IMG/VR virus record: IMGVR_UViG_3300017973_000001
Location: 32,001 to 96,000 of that record
DNA length: 64,000 nt
Source of the DNA: a virus
Strand: one strand, 5' to 3'
The notes below the pieces were generated by a model, which saw only the letters and a program-made list of their open reading frames with translations, did no database searches and was not told the origin of the DNA. The stretch's first letter is position 1. Each line of letters begins with the position of its first letter. Both the position numbers and the translations under genes were made by a program. This document shows positions 1-9,233 of the stretch, piece after piece.

Positions 1-167
1 AGTGATTTAGCTGAAATGTTCGACATAACCAGGGCTCGAACCTCCCAAATAATGCGTGAAGTAAAAGAGAAGTTAGGAGACGTTTAATTAACGTCTCTTT
101 TTTTCGTATAAGGACAATGAGGGGTATAAATCCCATCACAATCCAACGAAAAAAGGAGACAAAAAAC

Positions 168-740
168 ATGGCAATTATGAAGGGCTTTACTGCAATTAAA
201 GAAGAACAAAAAAAGGGTATTCCTACACTAAAATTAAAAGATGGTGAAGGAGCAGTTATTCGCTTCATTCAAGACCCATCTGAAATTATTTCAGTTTACG
301 AATACACTGAGCAAATCGGTGGACGTTGGGTAACGTTTACGGCTCCGGAATATAATGAGGACCCTATGCGAGCTATGGGTAAGAAACCTTCATTTAAAAC
401 TTACTTCCTGGTAGCTGACCGTTCTGACGAAGATCGTGTTAAAATCTTCAAAGCTTCTAAAACAGTTGGTGGAGCTATCACTGGATTACTAGAAGAATAC
501 GGGGATTTACGTGACCGTGACTTTAAAATTGTACGTCAAGGTGAGAAGTTAAAAACTACTTATCAATTCTTCCCTAAAGATAAGTCTAAATTTGAGTTAT
601 CTGAAGATGTTGAACTACCTAACTTAGAGGAAATGCTTACACCAAAAACAAGAGAAGAAATTCTTGCTATCATGAATAGTGATTACTCTGAAGCAAACGA
701 GGGTGGCTCTGAATCAAAAGATAGCGATTTCCCATTCTAA
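168..740 (+). CDS. phage single-stranded DNA-binding protein (gp32-like OB fold)
   Basis: AAGGAG RBS before ATG 168; acidic tail ending DSDFPF; RxGxxxxTxY segment; next to DNA polymerase. Confidence 0.75.
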   Translation: MAIMKGFTAIKEEQKKGIPTLKLKDGEGAVIRFIQDPSEIISVYEYTEQIGGRWVTFTAPEYNEDPMRAMGKKPSFKTYFLVADRSDEDRVKIFKASKTVGGAITGLLEEYGDLRDRDFKIVRQGEKLKTTYQFFPKDKSKFELSEDVELPNLEEMLTPKTREEILAIMNSDYSEANEGGSESKDSDFPF

Positions 741-886
741 TGTATACCTGTGTACAGTGTCAGAAACCGTTAGGGTGGAGTGGGGACCATGAAACTTTCG
801 AAGGAGTATTCTATGCTGAGTATTCGTGTAGAGATTGCCAATTATTTGTGACAATCACTCCTTATGACGAAGATGAAGAAGAATGA
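740..886 (+). CDS. 48-aa zinc-ribbon protein (not in ORF track)
   Basis: TAATG overlap with SSB stop; MYTCVQC...CRDC, two CxxC pairs. Confidence 0.65.
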   Translation: MYTCVQCQKPLGWSGDHETFEGVFYAEYSCRDCQLFVTITPYDEDEEE

Positions 887-961
887 TATAATGTATTTGT
901 ATGGACTATAGTTTAAATCTCCCAGGTCTTAAAGTGTATCCATAAATAAAGGGCGTACTCA

Positions 962-1162
962 TTAGAGTACGTCTTTTTTATGTACTTTTTTATTGTAATA
1001 CGTAATAAAGAATACTTGTGATGACATGAAAATTATAATCATTAAATCTATGTATATTTTATCCGGAATATGTGGAAAAAAATAAAGAATCATAAAACTT
1101 ATCACAAGTGCAACTAAAGGGGGAAGTATCGCCCTAAATAATAATTCTTTTAATTTATTCAA
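962..1162 (-). CDS. small two-TM membrane protein, paralog of 12502..12699
   Basis: two hydrophobic segments; AAGGAG RBS; shared LLFRAILPPLVA. Confidence 0.7.
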   Translation of the reverse strand: MNKLKELLFRAILPPLVALVISFMILYFFPHIPDKIYIDLMIIIFMSSQVFFITYYNKKVHKKDVL

Positions 1163-1288
1163 ATTCTTACTCCTTTACTCTACTTATGTAATACTCCTCA
1201 AAATTCTAACACAAATCAATAGGTTTCTCCTACATTACTTAACTATTATTCTTCCACTTTCTTATAAATTAAGTGGGAGGTTGAACGG

Positions 1289-3532
1289 ATGGATATAGAT
1301 GAAATTTTAGCAGTAAGAGACGAAGCGATTGAAACTACTAAAAAAGAAAAGAAATTACCTTCTAGAAAAAAAGCCAAAGTTAAAAAGCTAACTAAAAAAG
1401 AATTGGCTATTAGAGAGCTAGCTAGTAATACAGTTACACCGGATCACTATGAAACGGTATGGACTGAAGAACAGTTGCACAAAATGATAGAGTTCTTAAA
1501 TGGTCATGAATATATAGCTTTAGATACAGAAACAATGGGCCTTACCTGGATGACGGATGAGATTGTTGGTCTGTCAGTGTATGCTCCACACAAAGGTTAC
1601 TACATTCCACTTAAGCACTACCAGGATATAAACATCAATGAAGAAGAACGAGAGAAACTAAAGCAAATAGAAAGTCCAATTTTAGGTACTGATTACGTAG
1701 AGTGTTTACCTAAAGACGTTGTAATAAAAGCTCTGAAGCCGTTAATTGAGGACGGGGGTAAGAAGTGGATATTTCACAACTACAAGTTCGACTTTCACAT
1801 AATGAATAAATGGATGGGAATTAAATTAGATTGCCATTTTGATACTATGATTGCCCAAGCATTACTAGATGAAAACCACTCAAAAGCACTTAAGGATATG
1901 GCCGTAACATATCTGAAGGTACCGGCTGACCGTTACGGAACAATTTTCGGTAAAACTACATTTGATAGAGTTCCAATACTAGAGAGTCAAATTACTAGAG
2001 CCGGAAATCTAGCAACTTATTACGCAACAAAAGACGTTGAGCTTACATTTAATATGTTCCGTTTCCAGGAGAAGCACCTTAACCATCCTAGTCTAGAAAA
2101 GATTAATAAATTATTTTACGAAATAGAGATACCTTTCTTAAAAATAGTGCGTGACGCTGAGACCTATGGTGTAAAGCTAGATTCTGACTATTTAATTAAC
2201 GTGGTGGGGAAAGAGCTTAACGCTGAACTTGAAGAACTACGTCAAAAGATATGGGCGATTACTGGACAGATTAACCTTAATTCACCAGTTCAGCTATCGA
2301 AGGTTTTATATGGAGACTTGAAACTACCTAGAGTAAACAATAAGAAAGGTGACTCTACTGATAAGAAAACTCTTAACAAGCTAAAGGGCCATCATCCAGT
2401 AGTTAAAATGATCTTGGACTACCGAGAGAAAACAAAACTAAGTACTGCGTTCGTAGAAAAGCTACCTAAAAAGGCAGTAAATGGGCGAATACATACTAGT
2501 TTTAATCCAGTTGGAGCAAAGACTGGAAGAATGTCGTCCCGTGATCCGAACTGTCAGCAAATCCCGGCCCGTCTAGGAAACTTAATTCGAAATGCTTTCA
2601 TATCTGATGAAGGTAGATTGCTAGCTTCAATCGATTTTAGTCAGCAAGAACTACGTGTGCTAGCTCATATTTCAAAAGACCCCGTGCTCCTGGACGTATA
2701 TAAAAACGGCAAAGACGTACATAGTCAGACGGCAGTATCTATGTACAACATTCAAAATCCACGTAACCAAGTAACGTATGAGAATTTTGAGTACTGCCGA
2801 AATATGATGGGGAACTTCCAGGATGAGGATGGGAAACTAGATAAGTCGCTATTAAATGACAGCAAGTATAAAGATAAATTATTTGCTGAAGGAACAATTA
2901 ATACTACTGATACGGATATTCTGATTGGTGATTGTGAGAAAGGTATTAAATTTGAGAAAATTCGCAAAAATGCAAAAACTGTCAATTTTGGGATTGTGTA
3001 TGGTATGGCAGAATTTACACTGGCCGAAAATTTAGAAATATCCGTTGAAGAAGCAGTTCAGTATATTAAGGCTTATTTTGCTCAATACCCTAACGTTAAA
3101 AAAGAAATGAAAGTCCAACATAAAAAGATCGCACAAGTCAAATACGTTGAGACATTACTAGGTAGAAAAAGACGTTTCCATAAGGTAATGAAGGAAGGCG
3201 AGTTTTGGCAAATCGCTTCAGCAGAGCGTCAATGCTTCAACGCAATTATACAAGGCTCAAGCGCAGATATGGTAAAGCTTGCAAGTATCAAACTCCAAAA
3301 ATTACTGAAGGAATTAGATGTACGAATTGTTCTATGGGTGCATGATGAAATTATTTTTGATGTACCGGAAAATATTGGAATGGACAACCTTAGACGAATT
3401 GCTGAGATTATGTGTACGGCCTTACCTCTTGATTGTGGCTTAAAAAGTGATATTGAGGTTGGGAAGAAGTGGGGTCAAAAACTTAAAGAAGATGAGCTAA
3501 ATGAATTAGCTGACTTATTCGAGGATGAGTGA
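1289..3532 (+). CDS. polA: family A DNA polymerase with 3'-5' exonuclease, no 5'-3' exonuclease
   Basis: ExoI ALDTET, ExoII HNYKFD, ExoIII YATKD; TGRMSS..PN.QQIP; motif A DFSQQELRVLAH; motif B RKNAKTVNFGIVYG; motif C VHDE. Confidence 0.97.
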   Translation: MDIDEILAVRDEAIETTKKEKKLPSRKKAKVKKLTKKELAIRELASNTVTPDHYETVWTEEQLHKMIEFLNGHEYIALDTETMGLTWMTDEIVGLSVYAPHKGYYIPLKHYQDININEEEREKLKQIESPILGTDYVECLPKDVVIKALKPLIEDGGKKWIFHNYKFDFHIMNKWMGIKLDCHFDTMIAQALLDENHSKALKDMAVTYLKVPADRYGTIFGKTTFDRVPILESQITRAGNLATYYATKDVELTFNMFRFQEKHLNHPSLEKINKLFYEIEIPFLKIVRDAETYGVKLDSDYLINVVGKELNAELEELRQKIWAITGQINLNSPVQLSKVLYGDLKLPRVNNKKGDSTDKKTLNKLKGHHPVVKMILDYREKTKLSTAFVEKLPKKAVNGRIHTSFNPVGAKTGRMSSRDPNCQQIPARLGNLIRNAFISDEGRLLASIDFSQQELRVLAHISKDPVLLDVYKNGKDVHSQTAVSMYNIQNPRNQVTYENFEYCRNMMGNFQDEDGKLDKSLLNDSKYKDKLFAEGTINTTDTDILIGDCEKGIKFEKIRKNAKTVNFGIVYGMAEFTLAENLEISVEEAVQYIKAYFAQYPNVKKEMKVQHKKIAQVKYVETLLGRKRRFHKVMKEGEFWQIASAERQCFNAIIQGSSADMVKLASIKLQKLLKELDVRIVLWVHDEIIFDVPENIGMDNLRRIAEIMCTALPLDCGLKSDIEVGKKWGQKLKEDELNELADLFEDE

Positions 3533-3801
3533 TTATGTCATATTACTATATTGGTTCTAGGTACAAACAATATAATACGGCTTTTGATTTAAGAGAGTTT
3601 AATAGATATAAATTTTGCCCTCATTGTGGTCAAGGTGGATTCCTAAAAGTAATGGATGATCCGAAAACACCTTCAGTATTCTGTTTCAACTGTAGTTGGG
3701 AGCACAAAATGATTAATCTTGATTACCTGGAAGGGTGCAAGAAGTGGAAAGAGGGGGAACCAGGTGGGCCTAAAAGGTTTAGTAAAAAAGATAAAGAATG
3801 A
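3529..3801 (+). CDS. small zinc-finger protein
   Basis: CPHC...CFNC; overlaps polA stop. Confidence 0.6.
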   Translation: MIMSYYYIGSRYKQYNTAFDLREFNRYKFCPHCGQGGFLKVMDDPKTPSVFCFNCSWEHKMINLDYLEGCKKWKEGEPGGPKRFSKKDKE

Positions 3802-4570
3802 GTCAAAAGAAAAAAGCTTTGAAATGCGCTACCTAGAAGCAATAGACAAATACCTGGTAGAGCCTAAAGGTGAGCAAAAGAAAGTACGCTTAGCATTTAG
3901 ACCATCATCTTATTACAAGTGTCAGCGTATGGTTTATTACTTCTTAAATGGAGTTCCAGAAAAGAATAAAAAACCGGCTAGGATACAACGTATTCTTGAT
4001 ATTGGAACTATTACACATGAATGGATACAAGAAGATGTGCTAATGAACATGTGTACAGTTAAACCACTGTCAGTAGAAGAAATTCCTACTTATGGGGAGA
4101 TAGGTATTGAGTTCATACGTGAACACGGTTCAGCTCCTATTGAAATTAAATTCGTTGATAAAAGATGGACTGCTAGATACCCAGTTTCGGCTATGGTGGA
4201 TGGGTTTTTAGAGTTCGAAAACATGAACTTCCTATTTGAATTTAAAACTATTAACCCTAAAGACTTTGAAACTCTTATCGAGCCTCTAATGGAGCACATT
4301 AAACAAGGGGCCATTTACGCTTTATGTACTGGTGTAAGACAAGTAATGTTCCACTATATTAATAAAGGCAACCAGGAGTGGAAAGCTTTCTTAGTTAAAT
4401 ATACTGATGAACAACTTGAGTGGGTAATTGAACGCATACAGACCATTGAAGGTTATGTAATGAAGAACGAACTTCCGGAAAAGGAAGTTAGTACTAAAGA
4501 TTGTCGCTACTGCTCATTTAAAAATATGTGTGGTAAAGAAATTAATCCGGAGGTAAAACATGAAAATTAG
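3764..4570 (+). CDS. Cas4-like PD-(D/E)xK exonuclease with Fe-S cysteines
   Basis: RPSS...C, G...HE, D-G..EFKT, Q..IY, C-terminal CRYCSFKNMC; GAGGGG RBS before GTG 3764. Confidence 0.85.
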   Translation: MGLKGLVKKIKNESKEKSFEMRYLEAIDKYLVEPKGEQKKVRLAFRPSSYYKCQRMVYYFLNGVPEKNKKPARIQRILDIGTITHEWIQEDVLMNMCTVKPLSVEEIPTYGEIGIEFIREHGSAPIEIKFVDKRWTARYPVSAMVDGFLEFENMNFLFEFKTINPKDFETLIEPLMEHIKQGAIYALCTGVRQVMFHYINKGNQEWKAFLVKYTDEQLEWVIERIQTIEGYVMKNELPEKEVSTKDCRYCSFKNMCGKEINPEVKHEN

Positions 4571-4781
4571 TCTTTCTAATGCAGAAATTAATGATTCAAT
4601 TCGTCTTTACTTAGCTACTGTATACGGGATCACACTAGAGAAATCTTCATATATCTCTTTTCGAAATGATATGGATGAGACAGTTCCTTTATTATCGGCT
4701 ACTTGTTGGGTAGATGAGCGTACTGTTGAATTGAGGGAAAACCGTGAAATATCCACTTCTATTAAACTACCTGGTAATTAA
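4560..4781 (+). CDS. hypothetical protein
   Basis: GGAGGT RBS; coupled to upstream gene. Confidence 0.6.
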   Translation: MKISLSNAEINDSIRLYLATVYGITLEKSSYISFRNDMDETVPLLSATCWVDERTVELRENREISTSIKLPGN

Positions 4782-4919
4782 TCTAGTTGGTTGCTACTTA
4801 GCAGTTCAGATTATGCTTCAATTACTGAAGTATAAAACAAATAAACGCACTAGTCGTATTTATATATTGATGTACTATTACTTACTTTGTACATTGTTTC
4901 AAGTGAGGGGGGACAAGAC

Positions 4920-5264
4920 GTGGCTGATAAATTGTGGAAAGCTTTTGAGCGAAAAGTTGGTAAAGATATATTTGATGGTTCAAAACGTAATATCGGCAGT
5001 GGGGCCATCAATAGTACTGATGAAGGTACTCCTCGTAGTGGTGATGTGATCCATCCTACTTACGAGATCGAGTGTAAAGTCTATTCAAAGATAGCGATTT
5101 TTCGTTGGTGGGACAAGCTGAAGGTGGAGGCTCAAAACACTAAGAAAATTCCGGTCCTGGTAATGCGTGAGAAAGGTAATGCCAAAGATGTTTTAGTTGC
5201 AGTGCACTACCAGGATTTTGTAAAAATGAAAGAAAGTTGGGAACGTGAGAATGGATTACGATAA
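4920..5264 (+). CDS. PD-(D/E)xK Holliday junction resolvase-like nuclease
   Basis: FER.V, GD, IECK motif, PVLV; RBS before GTG 4920. Confidence 0.7.
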   Translation: MADKLWKAFERKVGKDIFDGSKRNIGSGAINSTDEGTPRSGDVIHPTYEIECKVYSKIAIFRWWDKLKVEAQNTKKIPVLVMREKGNAKDVLVAVHYQDFVKMKESWERENGLR

Positions 5265-5454
5265 ATGGAAAACAACTCAATACACCGACAAGCTATTTAC
5301 TTACTGTACTTATTGTGGTGAGGCTATCTATCATGGTGAAGAATGTTTAAAAGGCGACTTTGACGGTATTGATGAGTACTTACATGAAGATTGTCTAACT
5401 GACTTTACTAACGAACGTTTTAGAATACATAGTGTAATTGGAGGGGAAGAATAA
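5245..5454 (+). CDS. small metal-binding protein
   Basis: CTYC...HEDC. Confidence 0.55.
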   Translation: MRMDYDKWKTTQYTDKLFTYCTYCGEAIYHGEECLKGDFDGIDEYLHEDCLTDFTNERFRIHSVIGGEE

Positions 5455-5987
5455 TGGAACATTGGCAAGTAGTCGATAGCGTAAATCAATATGAATCAAG
5501 AGCATTAGTTGACGCTAATCTGAAGAAAGCCGGTTTACCGTTACCTCCAAAGCCACAAAATGCTGAGAACTTATACCAGGAGTGGGAAATGATTAAAGGT
5601 AAACATGGTGGGGTGGCCAACATTCCTTTTAGGGAATTAGGTGACTTTTTGGACAAGTGGACGGGGCTAGTTTCCTATGCTCGTTGGGTTGAAGCAATAG
5701 CTGACATAGATATGCAGACTGCTAGAGAAATAAGGGACACAATTAAAAAACAATTGTTCACACTACAACCTGGGGGACGGGAGCAAAAAGACGCTCTTGT
5801 TCAAACTGACCCTTTATATATTAAGTATGAAGTTACGTTTACTAAGAATTTAGCTATGTATACTGCGACAAAAGCTCTTAGGGAAGGGTATGAATATCGT
5901 ACTAATTCTATCTCAAGGGAAATAACTCGTAGAGGTAATGATATTTCAGATACTAGACGTAGTAATAATAGAGGTTCTACCGTGTAA
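5454..5987 (+). CDS. helical protein, possibly UvsY-like recombination mediator
   Basis: long amphipathic helices ending SISREITRR; recombination-gene context; GGAGG RBS. Confidence 0.45.
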   Translation: MEHWQVVDSVNQYESRALVDANLKKAGLPLPPKPQNAENLYQEWEMIKGKHGGVANIPFRELGDFLDKWTGLVSYARWVEAIADIDMQTAREIRDTIKKQLFTLQPGGREQKDALVQTDPLYIKYEVTFTKNLAMYTATKALREGYEYRTNSISREITRRGNDISDTRRSNNRGSTV

Positions 5988-6025
5988 ATATTGACTATAA
6001 GCACATAATAGGCTATAATGAAGGC

Positions 6026-6122
6026 CGACATACATAGAATAAAGTTCTCTTATTTTCATTGTCTTTGAAACATGCTTCTATGAAAAAATCCTTCTACTTA
6101 TGGTGGGTAGAGGGATTTTTTT
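6026..6122 (+). ncRNA. candidate sRNA
   Basis: TTGACT-17-TATAAT at 5991-6019, no ORF or RBS, terminator 6088-6122. Confidence 0.7.
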
Positions 6123-6126
6123 ATGG

Positions 6127-6215
6127 AAATAAAAATGACTCAAACCGGAGGGAATGAGCCATCTTTTGTAAGTAGTTATCGGTTAAAGCGATAACGCTAA
6201 TGAAAACTTCTACTA
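6127..6215 (-). ncRNA. candidate sRNA with CCCUCC loop
   Basis: minus-strand TTGACC-17-TAAACT (6249-6221); terminator AUGGCUCA/UGAGUCAU plus U-tract. Confidence 0.6.
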
Positions 6216-6264
6216 ACTGTAGTTTAACCTAAAATATATAAGAGGTCAACTGGGGGAAAATAAC

Positions 6265-6714
6265 ATGGCAAAGAAAAATGTTGTATCAAAAGAATTACTG
6301 GAAAAGTTCAACGTATGGAGAAAAGAATCACGAAAATTAGAACGTGAGATAGAAATATTTGTTGAGAATAAAAAACAACAAATAAAAATAGAATTGATGG
6401 AACTATTTGATGACAGAAAAGAAGAAATAATGGATAGAAAAGCTGACATTTGGGATGAGGTTTATGCTGAGCTAGGACTTAATCCGGACCAACCACATAC
6501 AATCGACGCTAGAACTGGTGAAGTAAAACTTGATACGGATGAAGAAGTAGAAATTAATGGTAAAGACTTAGCTCAATTTTTAGGTAAACTTATTGGTGCT
6601 AAGCCAGGTAATATTAAAAAAGCTACTGCTAAAGTTAGAAAGACACCGGAGACTGCCAAAGGACAAGTAGTTGATTTATTCAATGGTGATAAAGGTAACG
6701 ATAACGTACATTAA
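6265..6714 (+). CDS. hypothetical coiled-coil protein
   Basis: GGGGG RBS; phage-like codon usage. Confidence 0.7.
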   Translation: MAKKNVVSKELLEKFNVWRKESRKLEREIEIFVENKKQQIKIELMELFDDRKEEIMDRKADIWDEVYAELGLNPDQPHTIDARTGEVKLDTDEEVEINGKDLAQFLGKLIGAKPGNIKKATAKVRKTPETAKGQVVDLFNGDKGNDNVH

Positions 6715-6726
6715 TAGGAGGGCGCA

Positions 6727-7053
6727 TTGTTGAAAGAGTTTAATTGGTTTAAAAATAAAAGGTTTAATATTCTTCAGTGCGTCAACGGTAGAGTCTACGT
6801 TTACATTAGTCCGTTAATATATGGGTGGCAAGCTCAAATGTACCAACGTGGGAATGTTAGTATGTGTGAGCTTGAAGTAAGGACTTCCAATACTGGCGCT
6901 CCTGGTCTTGAAAAGATGAAAGAGATTGCTGAGCAGTGGTTAACTCAATATGCTGACGGTGATGTAGATAGATATTCAAAAGATAAATACAATATAGCTA
7001 ATCCGAACGGTGTATGGGGGAAAGATCGTGGAAGAAAAGAATATTGGATATAG
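6727..7053 (+). CDS. hypothetical protein
   Basis: AGGAGG RBS before TTG. Confidence 0.65.
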   Translation: MLKEFNWFKNKRFNILQCVNGRVYVYISPLIYGWQAQMYQRGNVSMCELEVRTSNTGAPGLEKMKEIAEQWLTQYADGDVDRYSKDKYNIANPNGVWGKDRGRKEYWI

Positions 7054-7495
7054 TAATCAACATACTAATAAACATATACGTATGCTTAAGATGTTTACAA
7101 TCATCTTAGCAGTATACTTAGCAGTGACAATTATAACTGGCATTATTGCAGTAGGGTTCAGTGTTAAATGGGCTGATTCACTATCAAAGTATGTTTCATT
7201 AGTCGGTAGTGCATTAGTTATAGGATTCATTATTGCTTCAGTCAGAAATTATTTAGCTAGCTCTAAAGAGTCTGAGCGTAGGCAAGAAGAATTACGTAGG
7301 GACTTAGAAAAGTTTGAAGAAGAAAATAAACAAAGGTTCCTTGACTTAGGTTTACCATTTAAAGACCCGGAGGATTTAGATGAATGGTTTGACCATAAAA
7401 AGTCACGTAGGATTGTTGTTTCAGTAAATTCAATTGCAATCCTTGTAAACGTTATAATTTTAATTAAAGATATTTATGAGATATGGTTTAAATAA
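7010..7495 (+). CDS. three-TM membrane protein (start uncertain)
   Basis: three hydrophobic segments around a charged coiled coil. Confidence 0.6.
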   Translation: MYGGKIVEEKNIGYSNQHTNKHIRMLKMFTIILAVYLAVTIITGIIAVGFSVKWADSLSKYVSLVGSALVIGFIIASVRNYLASSKESERRQEELRRDLEKFEEENKQRFLDLGLPFKDPEDLDEWFDHKKSRRIVVSVNSIAILVNVIILIKDIYEIWFK

Positions 7496-7563
7496 GTTGT
7501 TTTTGAACTTTTTAATGTAGGTTTAACCTTGATTTAATGATACTTTTGGTCCATACTGAAATA

Positions 7564-7626
7564 GGTAATTTTTTTCCAATTTTATTATATAGGGAGATAG
7601 GGTTAAATTATCCTATCTCTTTTTAA
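7564..7626 (+). ncRNA. candidate short sRNA
   Basis: TTGATT-17-CATACT at 7529-7557; terminator GGAGATAGG/CCTATCTCT plus T-tract. Confidence 0.5.
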
Positions 7627-7695
7627 TGTAAAAATTTTATTGAAGTCCCCACTGTTTAATTGTATTAATGCAACTAGATTATAGGAGTTAATAAA

Positions 7696-7992
7696 ATGAC
7701 TGAAGAAGAATACTTACAGTACTGGAAAAACCTATGGGCTGAAACGAACAAAGAAAATATAATATTGGAGAAGAAATTACAACTAGCTGAAAGAAAAATT
7801 AAGTATTTAACATATGATAGAGTTAAATATGATCCATATGAAGAACTTAGAAAACTTCAAGGAGAAATGGCTAAACTATTCGCAACACTCGAAGATATAT
7901 TTTTAATAGATTTAATGCAGTATTCACGAAAAGAAATAAAACAAAAAGCTAGGGAAGCTCTTGGGAGGGGTAAATTTTATGGAGAGAATTGA
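7696..7992 (+). CDS. hypothetical protein
   Basis: AGGAG RBS. Confidence 0.65.
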   Translation: MTEEEYLQYWKNLWAETNKENIILEKKLQLAERKIKYLTYDRVKYDPYEELRKLQGEMAKLFATLEDIFLIDLMQYSRKEIKQKAREALGRGKFYGEN

Positions 7993-8218
7993 CATTATAC
8001 GTGAACATATGACGCTAAATTGGACTGAAGAACAACAAGACAAACTTAGTAAAATTTATAGCTTAGTTTATGAGCTAATGTTTGAATTAGATAGTGATAA
8101 AGATAAGATAGATGAATTAAAAGCTATGTCTATGGTTTATGTACAAATTGAACCTATTATCTCAGGGGTTTGTATAAAACAATTTATTGGAGGAATGAAG
8201 GAGAAAGGTAACTATTAA
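7979..8218 (+). CDS. hypothetical protein
   Basis: GGAGG RBS before ATG 7979; terminator follows. Confidence 0.6.
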   Translation: MERIDIIREHMTLNWTEEQQDKLSKIYSLVYELMFELDSDKDKIDELKAMSMVYVQIEPIISGVCIKQFIGGMKEKGNY

Positions 8219-8466
8219 GTTACCTTTTTCTGATTCTAGTAGACATAATGTTTATTATAGGAAGTTCTAAAAATAGCAAAAAGAGGGGACTTTTAGGTAA
8301 AATCCGAACAATTTTTGTTCCAGGTTTAACGGCCAAGTGATTTTTCCGAACGATTTTGAAGATCCCTGGATTCCGGAATTACCTAAAACCCGAACTATGA
8401 AAATATCGGTTTAACCTATTATTCTATGCTATAATTTACATATTACATAGTAAGGATGGTAGCAAC

Positions 8467-8991
8467 ATGCGAGGTATAAATGAAATATTAGACGTACTAG
8501 AGCAAGCAAAAGATGTTTTGGGAGGTTTGGCCGGAGTTGATTTTAACTACTCACCACGATCACTAGAAAAGCTTGAAGTAGCTCTTAACGATATGTTCCC
8601 TTTTGGTAGAAAGACAGATGTTGCAGTATCAATACTGATAGGAGTTTACTTAGGTGAAGTAATCGTTAGGAACATAAAAGAAGCAAGTTGGGGTGAGTTC
8701 AACACAAAAGACCCTTTTGAGACAGAAGTTATAGTAAAAAAAGGTGAGATGACTGGTCATGTAAAACCTTTATTGAGGGCGTATAAGTTCCTTAATAGAG
8801 ATAGAACTGACGCTTTATCAGTATTTTATTATATGAATAAAGCTATGCTAGAAGATAAATTAAAGCACAATACGGGGGCTGAGTGGCAAGAAGATGGTCC
8901 CTATATGTATCGCTCATTAAAAGTCACTAAAGAAGAACATGAAGCTGGCTTAAGCTACGAGCAAATACTTGAAAATAGAAAGAAAAACTAA
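8467..8991 (+). CDS. hypothetical protein (DUF3806/immunity-like pattern)
   Basis: DFNYSPRSLEKLE...IGVYLGEVIVRN...W; own extended -10 promoter at 8427-8435. Confidence 0.5.
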   Translation: MRGINEILDVLEQAKDVLGGLAGVDFNYSPRSLEKLEVALNDMFPFGRKTDVAVSILIGVYLGEVIVRNIKEASWGEFNTKDPFETEVIVKKGEMTGHVKPLLRAYKFLNRDRTDALSVFYYMNKAMLEDKLKHNTGAEWQEDGPYMYRSLKVTKEEHEAGLSYEQILENRKKN

Positions 8992-8999
8992 AGGACGGA

Positions 9000-9233
9000 T
9001 TAATTTCCGTCCTTTTCTATTGATGACATATGTAGATGGCCTAACACTTGTATTAATTGGCCCTCATCTGCAATTACTTCTTCAGCTTCACCATTTGTTG
9101 ACTCATTAATCTTGTCCTGGATCAACTGGGTGGCCGGGCTATCTTCACCAAAGAAAATTGTACATAACTGCAACCAGTTACCTAATGTACTATCCAGTCC
9201 CGTAGAAAGCTTTCTCATATTATTACTCCTCAT
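9000..9233 (-). CDS. hypothetical protein
   Basis: last gene of a coupled three-gene leftward unit. Confidence 0.6.
   Translation of the reverse strand: MRSNNMRKLSTGLDSTLGNWLQLCTIFFGEDSPATQLIQDKINESTNGEAEEVIADEGQLIQVLGHLHMSSIEKDGN

Noticed and set aside
3764-4570. Cas4-like gene as sign of a CRISPR system
   Set aside because: No repeat-spacer array or other cas genes seen; solo Cas4-like nucleases are common in phage replication modules
8302-8400. Three CCGAAC repeats as LexA (Cheo) boxes
   Set aside because: None has the CGAAC-N4-GTTCG geometry; the first has a 7-nt spacer and the others lack the second half
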